A DNA stretch of 64,000 nt from Bdellovibrionota bacterium (lineage in GTDB: Bacteria; Bdellovibrionota; Bacteriovoracia; Bacteriovoracales; Bacteriovoracaceae): the NCBI GenBank assembly GCA_036336775.1, contig JAYZFM010000042.1:9945-73944 (forward strand). Reading direction: 5' to 3'. Shown here one piece after another: positions 18,671-27,680 of this stretch. The notes below the pieces were generated by a model. The model saw only the letters and a program-made list of their open reading frames with translations. It had not been told where the DNA came from and ran no database searches. The position numbers and the translations under genes are program-made. Every line of letters begins with the position of its first letter. Position 1 is the stretch's first letter.

Positions 18671-18932
18671 TCAATTACTTCGAGCTTCTAGTAGTGTCGC
18701 GCTCAATCTAGCCGAAGGAAATGCGCGAAGAACACCTAAGGACAGGCTTAGAATGTTCAATATCGCACTATCGAGCCTTCGCGAGGTACAAATGATCTGC
18801 AATCTCGAAGACTTAAATCTATTGGAAAAGCAGGCTGATAAAGTTGGAGCGATGATTTATGTACTAAACCGGAACTTAACCGATGCTGTAACTGAAACTG
18901 AAACTGTAGCTGAATATAGAATATCTGATTGA
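18663..18932 (+). CDS. four-helix-bundle (23S rRNA IVS / Avd-like) protein, N-terminally truncated
   Basis: DQLLRASSSVALNLAEGNARRTPKDRLRMFNIALSSLREVQ matches the family core. About 40 N-terminal residues (helix 1) are missing. It abuts the inverted fragment at 18491..18670. Confidence 0.55.
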   Translation: MRDQLLRASSSVALNLAEGNARRTPKDRLRMFNIALSSLREVQMICNLEDLNLLEKQADKVGAMIYVLNRNLTDAVTETETVAEYRISD

Positions 18933-19068
18933 GTTTTTTCATCTTGAAGCCGTCCAAACTTTATTCACTTACTTAATTTACTGTACAAAAACTGAACAAT
19001 TTATCGTATTTTTAGGCCAGTTCTTTGGCATCATTATTGAAGCTTCACATATATAATGTGGAGCTTTT

Positions 19069-19407
19069 ATGATGAGACGTCTGTTTTTAATGTGTTGTTT
19101 TTCAGTTTTTGCAGCTATTGCATCTGACAATATTTATATCCAAGGAAAGTCAGCCAATTATCTCTATCAAAAAAATATTTCAACTGATGAGTCAGAGACA
19201 CAATGTTTTATAGCGACTATGGAAGATTGGAGTCATGCCTATGAATGCCGTCTTTCAATAGAAACTGCAAGCCAAGTCGGAGATATTGTCCGTATAACCG
19301 GACCTTCTGCTGAAGAATTGATGTCTATGAAGCACGACGCAGGCGCTCCTGTAAAATGTGATATGGCCAATAGATCTTGTGATCTTAATGGAAAAGGCTC
19401 TTTCTAA
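19069..19407 (+). CDS. small secreted Cys-containing protein
   Basis: Signal peptide MMRRLFLMCCFSVFAAIA. Confidence 0.5.
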   Translation: MMRRLFLMCCFSVFAAIASDNIYIQGKSANYLYQKNISTDESETQCFIATMEDWSHAYECRLSIETASQVGDIVRITGPSAEELMSMKHDAGAPVKCDMANRSCDLNGKGSF

Positions 19408-19523
19408 TTTTGCCTACTTCTTAAGGCAGTGTTTTTATAAAAAATTACCGAAATCAAGAACTTAGCGTTCGAAATTAAGTTTTCTTTGTTAGTCATGACA
19501 TAATAGTTTCTAAGGAGAGTTTT

Positions 19524-19943
19524 ATGATGACTCAAGAGACTTATCAATTTACGGTTGGCAGTTCACAAAATTGTGAAGTAATGATTAGTAGTCCCACCGT
19601 AAGTCGCGCACACCTCAAAGTTTATTTCGCGGGTGATAGCATCTTAGTTGAAGATTTAAACTCTAGTAATGGGACTTTCGTTCTTCATGATGGCGAATTC
19701 AAGAGAATTAAAAGCGCAAAGATAAAGCCTGAGACTAAAATCAGACTTGGAAGTGGTTTAGATGCCCTCGAAGTAAAAGATATTATCGGGCTTTATGAAT
19801 CAGCTCGTGAAAAAAGTAAAAACGATATTATAAAAAGGATAAAAACTGGTGGTTTAAAAAGATGTTTTGATTGTGGTACTGTTTTAAGTAAAGAAAAAAT
19901 ACATTGTGAATGTTGTGGTGCCATTTTTGAAGAAGCTTCTTAG
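19524..19943 (+). CDS. FHA-domain protein with C-terminal zinc ribbon
   Basis: RBS aaggagag upstream. FHA core VGSSQNCEVMISSPTVSRAHLKVYF...LNSSNGTFV. C-terminal Cys pattern CFDCG-x10-CECCG. Confidence 0.75.
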   Translation: MMTQETYQFTVGSSQNCEVMISSPTVSRAHLKVYFAGDSILVEDLNSSNGTFVLHDGEFKRIKSAKIKPETKIRLGSGLDALEVKDIIGLYESAREKSKNDIIKRIKTGGLKRCFDCGTVLSKEKIHCECCGAIFEEAS

Positions 19944-20688
19944 TTCTAAAGAAACATTTTTTACATTATTCGTTTGTTCTATCGGCGTTTTAGTCGTCAA
20001 TTTGTTTTTTACATTTACACCTGCATTCTGGTCGATAATGTTTATCGGGAAGAAGCATATTTTAGGTGGAATCACCTTTCAGGATGTCATGTGGGCCATA
20101 TTTTTTCTAGGGCTCATGCAAATCTATTATCGAAAACGAGATATTGCAAAACTCGATCTTTATAGTACAAAAAACTATCTTCCCAAAGACTTTGAAACGA
20201 TTATTGGCGAGCAAGAACTAACTGAAGTCATAAGAAACGTGCGAGAAGATTCCAAGGATAGCATGGGAATTCTCCCGTATATGATCTTGCAAATAGCCCT
20301 TCAATTTAGAAAGAATAATTCGAGATCGATAACCTCAGATTTTCTTTCGAAACAATTGGAGCTTTTTCTTCATTCTGTTGAGCTTCGATACAACCAATTA
20401 AAATATATTATTTGGCTTATTCCATCACTGGGATTTATGGGAACAGTATATGGTATTGGACTCGCTGTATCCCAGTTAGGCGAGGGCTCTCTTGAAGACC
20501 CTGAACTATTAACTAAGATGGCGGGAAGTCTTGGGGTGGCATTTAATACCACTTTGCTCGCATTAGTTTTATCAGTGATCCTTCAGTTTTTTACTCAGCA
20601 CTTCGAAGCGCAGGAAGAAAGCTTAATCAATAAATTCGGGAAATATATCTTAGATAATTTAATAAATAAACTAGTGGAAAAATCATGA
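19906..20688 (+). CDS. MotA/TolQ/ExbB-family proton-channel protein
   Basis: Core motif PSLGFMGTVYGIGLAV ... LGVAFNTTLLALVLSVILQFF. The start is uncertain: GTG at 19906, or nearby GTG/TTG codons. It overlaps the FHA gene. Confidence 0.65.
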   Translation: MNVVVPFLKKLLSSKETFFTLFVCSIGVLVVNLFFTFTPAFWSIMFIGKKHILGGITFQDVMWAIFFLGLMQIYYRKRDIAKLDLYSTKNYLPKDFETIIGEQELTEVIRNVREDSKDSMGILPYMILQIALQFRKNNSRSITSDFLSKQLELFLHSVELRYNQLKYIIWLIPSLGFMGTVYGIGLAVSQLGEGSLEDPELLTKMAGSLGVAFNTTLLALVLSVILQFFTQHFEAQEESLINKFGKYILDNLINKLVEKS

Positions 20689-21593
20689 GGGCGCGAAAGT
20701 CGAGAGAGGTAAATATATTTTCTGCTTCGGTCGTTGATCTATTCGCTTCAGGGCTTGGAGTCTTTCTTATTGTGGCGATCATAGCTTTGGCCAATCAAAA
20801 AAAAGAAACCTCGCGTGCGCTTGAAGGTGGTCAAACAGGAACAATTATTAAAACGCCTGAGAATAGCAAGCTTGTTGGGAAAGAACAGAATTTTGCCAAT
20901 AGCGATGCTCCCCTTATTTCTTCTCTTGAATCAAAAATAGAAAAATTGGAAGCTTCTGTAGACCTGAAAACAAAAGAAAATTTAAGTCTAAGAAAAAAAA
21001 TAGCAACCAATTCAGATTCTGAAGATAAAACTGATTATGAATTTCTATTGGCCGCTGCTGAAAAAGAAAAAAAAGAATTGGCCAAAAAAGTTTCAGAACT
21101 AGAAGCGAAATTAGAACAAAAAGAACTAGAAAAAATGGAAATTAAAAGGGAACTAACTTATAAGCAGGACGCCAGAAAAGGGGAGCAAGGGGTCGCTAAT
21201 AACTTTGATAACTTTCAGATCGGTTCACGTTTTAAACTTCAGAATGTTCACTTTTATCCTGGAACAGAAAAAGCAATAGAGCCTTATTCAAGTCGTGAAG
21301 TGGAAGATCTCGCTTTGTTCTTAAAGAAAAATCCAGCTGTTTCAATCGAAATTTCAGGTCATATATATGAAACTAAAAAGGCCATAGAAGCAGGCAAGGC
21401 TGATGATGAATTTAATTTATCAGGAAGAAGGGCACAGTACGTTTGTCAGAAGCTAGAGGAGTTTGGAGTAAATCCAAAAAGATTGAGGTGCCTAGGTTAT
21501 GGCGCAACAAGACCTCTATACTTAACAGATGACCAGTATTCTGAGGAAGCCCAATTGAATAGAAGAGTTGAAGTTGAAATCCTTACCAAATAA
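20685..21593 (+). CDS. MotB/OmpA-like protein: TM with conserved Asp, long coiled coil, C-terminal OmpA peptidoglycan-binding domain
   Basis: N-terminal segment EVNIFSASVVDLFASGLGVFLIV. An E/K-rich coiled coil of about 150 aa. OmpA_C motifs ISGHIY, NLSGRRAQYV, GYGATRP and NRRVEVEIL. There is a 4-nt start/stop overlap with the MotA-like gene. Confidence 0.75.
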   Translation: MRARKSREVNIFSASVVDLFASGLGVFLIVAIIALANQKKETSRALEGGQTGTIIKTPENSKLVGKEQNFANSDAPLISSLESKIEKLEASVDLKTKENLSLRKKIATNSDSEDKTDYEFLLAAAEKEKKELAKKVSELEAKLEQKELEKMEIKRELTYKQDARKGEQGVANNFDNFQIGSRFKLQNVHFYPGTEKAIEPYSSREVEDLALFLKKNPAVSIEISGHIYETKKAIEAGKADDEFNLSGRRAQYVCQKLEEFGVNPKRLRCLGYGATRPLYLTDDQYSEEAQLNRRVEVEILTK

Positions 21594-22161
21594 TCTTCTC
21601 CCATTTTCAGGCGAAGCATATCTTATAAAATCCTTTTTTAGTGGACAAGAATCCTTCAATCTTTTGAATAAGATTAAGTCTACTGTTAAGTGGCGAGACG
21701 ACAAAATAACTATGTTTGGAAAGACCTATCCTCAAGCGAGAAAAGTTGCTTTTTATGGCGATGAAAATATTGAATACACTTATTCTCGTATAAAAATGAG
21801 GACACGCTTTTGGACTGATGAATTGAAATCACTTAATCATAGGTTGAAGCTTGATTATGATTTAATATTTAACACCGCTCTCGTAAACTACTATCGCGAT
21901 GGAAGGGATCATATGTCCTGGCATAGGGATGATGAACCTGAGTTAGGAATAAACCCGTCGATTGCTTCTATCAGTTTTGGAGCTAGTCGTGATTTCTTTT
22001 TCCGTCACGATGAAGGTGAAAAAGTAAAATTAACTCTTGAAAATGGAGATCTTCTTCTTATGCTTGGAGAAACTCAGCACCATTGGAAACATGCTTTACC
22101 TAAAAGGCTAAAAATAAATGAACCTCGTATGAATATAACGTTTAGAAGGATCTTTGAGTGA
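21568..22161 (+). CDS. alkB: Fe(II)/2-oxoglutarate-dependent dioxygenase AlkB
   Basis: NYYRDGRDHMSWHRDDE (HxD ligands), HHWKHALP and NITFR. The TTG start overlaps the upstream gene by 26 nt. Confidence 0.8.
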   Translation: MKLKSLPNNLLPFSGEAYLIKSFFSGQESFNLLNKIKSTVKWRDDKITMFGKTYPQARKVAFYGDENIEYTYSRIKMRTRFWTDELKSLNHRLKLDYDLIFNTALVNYYRDGRDHMSWHRDDEPELGINPSIASISFGASRDFFFRHDEGEKVKLTLENGDLLLMLGETQHHWKHALPKRLKINEPRMNITFRRIFE

Positions 22162-23155
22162 CGGCGTCGACATCAACTTCGAGGGCACATTTAAAATGAC
22201 CCTGTGGGCATTCTTTTTTTCCATGTAACCCGCAAGGCATACAATCTAATCTTTCTCTTTGCACGAGAAGTGAGTCGTCAGCAAGCGGGTAATATCCAAA
22301 GTCAGGGACAGTTGAGCAAAAAATAGCAGTAGTTTTTGCATTTACACTGCTTGCAAGATGAAGAGGGGCGGAGTCATTCACAAAAACTCTTTTAGCTCCC
22401 GCCATAAGATAGGCTGAATCAAGTAGGTTAAGTTTTCCGGCAAGGTTAGTTACATCAGTGCTAATTCCATCCAAATAGGCTTTGTCATCTGGACCACCGA
22501 TGAGAATGATTTCTCCGTGTGGTTTAAGTTTTTGTATGAGTTCTTTCCATTTTGATTCGTGCCACTGCTTGGTGTACCAGACACTTGAAGGGGCCAGAAC
22601 ATAATAGGGAGAATTAAGACCTAAATCCTGAATCTTATTTTTTTCTGTATCTGAAAAATATAGTTTAGGGCGTAACGATTTGTCAGAGGGGATACTCTCA
22701 TTAGTTATTGCCGTCAGTAGCTGATGGTTTCTTTGTACTTCGTGAAAGAATCCTAATTCACCTTGATCTTGAGCGGGGTGAGGTATTTTATGATGAACTT
22801 GGTGGCTGAACAAAAATGCTAATGGATTGGAATGAAATCCCACTCTAAGTTTAGCGCCTGAGAGTCCACATAAAAGACCCGCATTAAAAAATCTTTGTAT
22901 ATTTAGCACGAGGTCATATTTATTTTTTCGTACTTGAAATAAAAGACTGATTAAATTTTTAAATTTTCCTTTGGATTTATCCCAAATGAGGACTTCATTT
23001 AAATGAGGATTATGCTTGAGAAGGCTCTCATTGCCTTTTCGAAGTAGAAAATCTATTTTCGCTTCTGGATAGCTTGCCCTAACACTTTCTATAAGTCCTG
23101 TGGCCAGAATTACATCACCTATGAAAGCGGTTTGGATAATTAAGACTCGTTTCAT
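22142..23155 (-). CDS. glycosyltransferase family 9 (LPS heptosyltransferase, WaaF/RfaF-like)
   Basis: N-terminus MKRVLIIQTAFIGDVILATGLIE and C-terminal VNDSAPLHLASS. 337 aa. Confidence 0.8.
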   Translation of the reverse strand: MKRVLIIQTAFIGDVILATGLIESVRASYPEAKIDFLLRKGNESLLKHNPHLNEVLIWDKSKGKFKNLISLLFQVRKNKYDLVLNIQRFFNAGLLCGLSGAKLRVGFHSNPLAFLFSHQVHHKIPHPAQDQGELGFFHEVQRNHQLLTAITNESIPSDKSLRPKLYFSDTEKNKIQDLGLNSPYYVLAPSSVWYTKQWHESKWKELIQKLKPHGEIILIGGPDDKAYLDGISTDVTNLAGKLNLLDSAYLMAGAKRVFVNDSAPLHLASSVNAKTTAIFCSTVPDFGYYPLADDSLLVQRERLDCMPCGLHGKKECPQGHFKCALEVDVDAVTQRSF

Positions 23156-23934
23156 TTTTTTAAGTCAGTATCAAACTTCTCGCCAGCTTGCATTCTATAA
23201 ACCTTCACATTTCGGATGAAGACATTCCATGCACCCATACAAGAAATAATAAAGCCGGCCTTACCATCGAGAAAGCCACGATTTAAGATATAGCGCTTTA
23301 AGAAAGCAAAAAATGGTTTAATCAATAAGTGGTAACTTGTAACTTTTTTAATTTTATTTACACGATCAAGAGCTGCCCAAGTCGTGTAACGCATACCTTT
23401 TAGCAAGTGAGGCTCCAATCCTTTTCCCGCATAAGTGTCATGTTTTAGTCTGTTTTTTAGCCGACCAACTTCTCCATCTGCAAGGACTTCAGCGTGAACA
23501 TGCTTATCTTCGTAGCGACATTTACTTTTTCTAAAGAGCCTGATGACGGCATCACCTTTCCAAACATTATTGACGGTCTGATCCATAAAATAATTATCAC
23601 GTCTAATCCAATAGGCTACCTCTTTTGGGTTTGAGGCAACGATGGATTGGATTTCATCGATCAATTTAGGATTTGTCCTTTCGTCAGCATCTAACAGAAA
23701 GATCCAGTCATGTTGAGCCTGAGGGATAGTCCAATTTTTCTGGGCGGCAGAATGCTCATACTCGTGTTGCAATAATTTTACCTGCGGATATTTTTTTATG
23801 ATTTCCAAAGTATTATCTGTAGAGAAAGAGTCTACGACGATGATTTCATCGGCAAATAAACAAGACTCAATAGCTCCAGCAATATTGAACTCTTCGTTAA
23901 AACAAGGAATTATGGCTGATATTTTTTCTGACAT
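23152..23934 (-). CDS. glycosyltransferase family 2 (LPS core type)
   Basis: ISAIIPCFNEE, VVDSFSTDNT and DxD-like LLDADE. It overlaps the GT9 gene by 4 nt. Confidence 0.8.
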   Translation of the reverse strand: MSEKISAIIPCFNEEFNIAGAIESCLFADEIIVVDSFSTDNTLEIIKKYPQVKLLQHEYEHSAAQKNWTIPQAQHDWIFLLDADERTNPKLIDEIQSIVASNPKEVAYWIRRDNYFMDQTVNNVWKGDAVIRLFRKSKCRYEDKHVHAEVLADGEVGRLKNRLKHDTYAGKGLEPHLLKGMRYTTWAALDRVNKIKKVTSYHLLIKPFFAFLKRYILNRGFLDGKAGFIISCMGAWNVFIRNVKVYRMQAGEKFDTDLKK

Positions 23935-24082
23935 AGCTGCATTATAGATTTGCTTGATGCGTCAAGTAAAGTGTTTGATTTTATTGCTACCTGAGCAAAT
24001 TCAAGTAAAATATTAGTGTGTCAAATTAAAGCATTTTGGACCAGCTTCGAAAGCGGGTGGTAAATTTCAAATGTAGGAAATT

Positions 24083-24170
24083 TGGTGCTCGGGGCGGGAC
24101 TTGAACCCGCACAGCTAAATTAGCCGAGGGATTTTAAATCCCTTGTGTCTACCAATTCCACCACCCGAGC
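24083..24170 (-). tRNA. tRNA-Leu (anticodon UAA), CCA encoded
   Basis: The minus strand reads GCTCGGG-TG-GTGGAATTGGTAGACAC-A-AGGGA-TTTAAAA-TCCCT-long variable arm-GCGGGTTCAAGTCCCGC-CCCGAGC-A-CCA. It folds as a cloverleaf with a 7-bp acceptor stem and a type-II variable arm. Confidence 0.9.
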
Positions 24171-24219
24171 CTAAACGAGGTTGATAGAATGAATGAAATG
24201 ATAAGGATAGTCAATAAAA

Positions 24220-25737
24220 ATGAGTAAGATTTCAAAACTAATTCTCAGTATTTTATTTCTCAGCGCATGCTCTAGTGTGGAAAGCATTAAAGAGTCAGTT
24301 GATGATCTTGTGCCTCTAGATCTTTCTGAAAAAGAGAAAGCGGTATTCGGGAATAAGGATTATGCGGACGCCTTGGTGTCCAAAGTCGTACCTAAATGGT
24401 TTGAGGTGGATGACCGGTTCAAATTGACTTCTAGTATGGGGGAGAAACCGGCTCATTTGTTTTATGATGTTCAGCCAGATTTAAATGCAGAAAATTATAA
24501 ATTAAATTTTGTAATCACCACACCTGAAGGGAGCGACAAGTTATACAATATTGATATGCTCTCTGGTCAGCATTATGTTGATAAAATACTTTGCGAGCAA
24601 AAAGATATTTTTGGAAAATGGGATGATTCGATTTATAAACCGCCTTTTACTTCTGGCATTGTTCCCCGGATGCTAGATCAATTGGGTACTCCTCAAAAAA
24701 TCATTGTGTTTGGCGATGGTGAATATTTCTCCAAGCATTATCAGGATAACTTTTTTGATGCTCGAGTAATTGGTGGTTATATTGAAAAAGTCTGTCAGAT
24801 AGGCACATGTCCAAAGCTCACTGATTATAATTCTAGGATCGTCGTTGTCGCAGTTCAAAGTGGTAGTGATGACTATAAAGAGGTAAGGGGAATTGAAGAT
24901 CTGCGTACGAAAGTTAATTGGCCGGAAGTAAAAGCATTTATCGAGAATGGTTTCGGAAAAAATTACGTGGCCGGTAAATTTTATCCAAGCTATCGAATGG
25001 GTCCTGAACTTTCAGCACTACAAACTGTTTCTAGTCTAAAGAGCAGATCGATTCTTTTGACCAATAAGCGACTCAATCAGATGAGGAGTTCTTGTTATAA
25101 ACTATATGATTACGTCTGGGAGGCAGTTGCCAAGCCATCAGATGTTGAGAAAAAATTGGCAGCAGCAAAATCTTTAAAGGAGCGGCGAGACATAATTCGA
25201 GGATCTAATAAGGAGTCGAGAAGATTCTTTTACGAACGCTTTAAAAATGCCTTTGTGAAGTTTGGTGATGAATATAATGTTTGTTCAAAATTTGTTTATC
25301 CAACAAATATTTTCACTAATCCTGAGAGGCATTGGTTTATGGCTCACTATGCGGCTGTGCATTTGTTGAATGACTTGGGATATAGCTTTGATTGTAACCG
25401 CTCTCTTTGGGTGAAGAATCCTATTTTAACAGACGGGACAAAGGCAATTAAAAGAAATAAAGAATTTGCTAAGTGTAATGCTAGGCAAGTCGATCTTGCT
25501 TTTGAACAGTCCATAAATTACTTGAATAACCTAAGGTTTAAGAACTATCCTACTTATCGATATATTGATTATGATAGAGGGTCCATCGGAACGCATAATA
25601 AGTTGTATTCCTGGGTTTACCAAGAAAATAAAAAACTTCAATGCTATGGGAAGCAAGAAGATCTGGTAGAGAAAGTTCCAACTTTTCCAGAAGATATTAA
25701 ATGGCGTAGAAGGGCCACAATTCTAAGAACAAAATAG
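24220..25737 (+). CDS. lipoprotein, unknown function
   Basis: Lipobox LFLSACSS. 505 aa. It lies only 6 nt upstream of the NuoB-like gene. Confidence 0.6.
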   Translation: MSKISKLILSILFLSACSSVESIKESVDDLVPLDLSEKEKAVFGNKDYADALVSKVVPKWFEVDDRFKLTSSMGEKPAHLFYDVQPDLNAENYKLNFVITTPEGSDKLYNIDMLSGQHYVDKILCEQKDIFGKWDDSIYKPPFTSGIVPRMLDQLGTPQKIIVFGDGEYFSKHYQDNFFDARVIGGYIEKVCQIGTCPKLTDYNSRIVVVAVQSGSDDYKEVRGIEDLRTKVNWPEVKAFIENGFGKNYVAGKFYPSYRMGPELSALQTVSSLKSRSILLTNKRLNQMRSSCYKLYDYVWEAVAKPSDVEKKLAAAKSLKERRDIIRGSNKESRRFFYERFKNAFVKFGDEYNVCSKFVYPTNIFTNPERHWFMAHYAAVHLLNDLGYSFDCNRSLWVKNPILTDGTKAIKRNKEFAKCNARQVDLAFEQSINYLNNLRFKNYPTYRYIDYDRGSIGTHNKLYSWVYQENKKLQCYGKQEDLVEKVPTFPEDIKWRRRATILRTK

Positions 25738-25743
25738 AGAATT

Positions 25744-26187
25744 ATGAGTTTAACTAATTTTATTGAAAATATACATTTATCTAGCCAAGAAAAAATTGGC
25801 AATCTTTCAGTTCCTATAAGTATTTGGGGAAATGGAGCAGCTGATGCTATACAAAGTAGTTATGATTATTTTGAGTATGAACAGAGCTTCAATGGTATAT
25901 GGGAGAGCGAATATCAACCTGCAAAAATTATTTTGATTGTTGGTCCAATTAATACTGTCCAGTTAAATGAAATTAAGGACAGGTTACAAAGTTTAGAAAA
26001 GCAGAAGCCTTTTGTCGTTTATGCTGAAGGTCTTTTACCTAAAAGAGTATTAAATAATGCCAAGGGAGTTGTAAAAGACATCCGAAATCATATTAGAGTT
26101 GATCTTGAGTATCAGAAACATCCTATTCAATTGAAGGAACTTATTTCAGGTGTTTTTGATTTAATGAAGGGTAGAGATGAAAAGTAA
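25744..26187 (+). CDS. degenerate NuoB-like (complex I / hydrogenase small-subunit-like) protein lacking Fe-S cysteines
   Basis: Its segments are collinear with canonical NuoB, but every cluster Cys is replaced. GNGAADAIQ replaces GLSCCxxEM. KIILIVGPINTVQLNEIKDRLQSLEKQKPFVVYAEG replaces ADLMVVAGT..KWVISMGACANSGG. RVDLEYQKHP replaces VDVYIPGCPP. Confidence 0.45.
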   Translation: MSLTNFIENIHLSSQEKIGNLSVPISIWGNGAADAIQSSYDYFEYEQSFNGIWESEYQPAKIILIVGPINTVQLNEIKDRLQSLEKQKPFVVYAEGLLPKRVLNNAKGVVKDIRNHIRVDLEYQKHPIQLKELISGVFDLMKGRDEK

Positions 26188-27679
26188 TCTTAATTTAATT
26201 CACGAACTATCTGGATATAAAACCTATCAATGTGAGTTCAATCAATTCAACTCTTTTGTTTTCAGCTTAGGAAGTGATAATAATTATATCTGGCTTTTAG
26301 GAATTCATTGTCTTGACCAAAATTCACAGTTAACAAAGCTTCGCTATTACTTTTTTGATTTTGAAGAGAAAGATCAATTTTGTGTGGAAGTTGAAATTCC
26401 AAGTGGAGAAAAACTTTATTCAATATCGCACCTTTGGAAAAATGCTAGCTTCTATGAAAGGCAGTTGATTCAGCAAACAGGACTGACTCTTAAAAAAGAT
26501 TATAGATTTAAAGAGCCTGTAAAAGATGATAGGGACTATCTTGATCTGCAAACAGTTGAGTTTCCTAGTAACTTGAAAAAGAACACTCATTTACTTGATC
26601 TTAGAATGGATAAGAATAAAGTGGCAAAAGCTAATTTCAGAAAAGGGCTCTTCCATATTGGACTTGAAGATATTTTGTCAGGGCTTGATTGGAATTTGTC
26701 GTTTCAAACTTTAGAGAACTACTTTCCTAAAAGAGGATTGTTGTGGAGTTTTTTGATTAGTAGAGGGATAGAATTAAAGGAAAATATTGAGATCCCTGAT
26801 AGGGCCAAAGCTATTCGAATGGTGACGTTTGAACTCAATCGAATTCTAGATCATCTATTATACTTTGATCAAGTGGCGGTAGATTTCAAAAGTGCAGTCC
26901 TGATTGACTTTACTCGACTGTGGATTAAAAAATTTCAGTCGCTAATGATATCTTATTCAGGCAACGAGTTTGGTTTAAATCTAATCCGACCAGGAGGGAC
27001 GACACTCGATTTAAGCCAAGCATGGAGTTCACGCATGATTGATGAACTTTCTATGCTTGAAAAACATCTGGTTGCCTTAATAAAAGATTATCTTTTAACA
27101 TTTAAGTTCAACGAGAACGCTCTAAATTTTAGTCTCGTTGAAAAAGAAGATGTCATAAAGTGGGGATTGACCGGACCTGTTGCTAGAAGTGTTGGAGTTA
27201 ATTTAGATCTAAGAAAAAGAGATCCATTCTATTTCTATCAAGATGTAGAATTTGATATTCCTATGGGAGTTCAAGGGACTCTCTATGATTTGTTTTTGGT
27301 TAAAATCGAAGAAATTTTACAATCAAGTCGAATTATTGTTCAGGTCCTAGATAATTTACCAACAGGAAATTTTATTAGTCCAGACTTACCCACTGATTTC
27401 CTACATAATCTAGATCAAGTTGATGAGCAAAATTATAAAAAAAGTGTTGAGAACTATTTAAACTTCTCGTCACTTAACGCTACAGCTTTTATTGAAAGCC
27501 CTCGTGGAGTTATTGGGGTGGACCTAATTAAATCTGATGAGAAGCAATTGGTAAGGCTACTTGGAAGCCATTTTGCTGAACCATCATATTTAGAACGTTT
27601 CTTAGAGAACAAAGACATCATGAATGTTTTTCCTCTATGGACTTCAATGGATATCGATTTGAGAGAAGTGGAGCGATAA
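26177..27679 (+). CDS. degenerate NuoC-NuoD fusion-like protein
   Basis: NuoC-like WKNASFYERQLIQQTGL. NuoD-like GLFHIGLEDIL (vs GYLHRGxEKL), NRILDHLLY, IESPRGVIGVDL (vs EAPRGE.G), and a C-terminal MDIDLREVER (vs D.V.GE.DR). No NiFe Cys motifs. It overlaps the upstream gene by 11 nt. Confidence 0.6.
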   Translation: MKSNLNLIHELSGYKTYQCEFNQFNSFVFSLGSDNNYIWLLGIHCLDQNSQLTKLRYYFFDFEEKDQFCVEVEIPSGEKLYSISHLWKNASFYERQLIQQTGLTLKKDYRFKEPVKDDRDYLDLQTVEFPSNLKKNTHLLDLRMDKNKVAKANFRKGLFHIGLEDILSGLDWNLSFQTLENYFPKRGLLWSFLISRGIELKENIEIPDRAKAIRMVTFELNRILDHLLYFDQVAVDFKSAVLIDFTRLWIKKFQSLMISYSGNEFGLNLIRPGGTTLDLSQAWSSRMIDELSMLEKHLVALIKDYLLTFKFNENALNFSLVEKEDVIKWGLTGPVARSVGVNLDLRKRDPFYFYQDVEFDIPMGVQGTLYDLFLVKIEEILQSSRIIVQVLDNLPTGNFISPDLPTDFLHNLDQVDEQNYKKSVENYLNFSSLNATAFIESPRGVIGVDLIKSDEKQLVRLLGSHFAEPSYLERFLENKDIMNVFPLWTSMDIDLREVER

Positions 27680-27680
27680 G

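Noticed and set aside
19069-22161. Whether the MotA/MotB-like pair represents a Zorya anti-phage system.
   Set aside because: The MotA-like protein is only about 260 aa. It has no long ZorA-type C-terminal tail, and no ZorC/D/E-like genes are adjacent. The neighbours are an FHA protein and alkB.
23935-24220. tRNA-Leu as an integration site for a genomic island.
   Set aside because: I saw no integrase, excisionase or direct repeat of the tRNA 3' end. The flanking genes are LPS core transferases and an operon with normal-looking composition.
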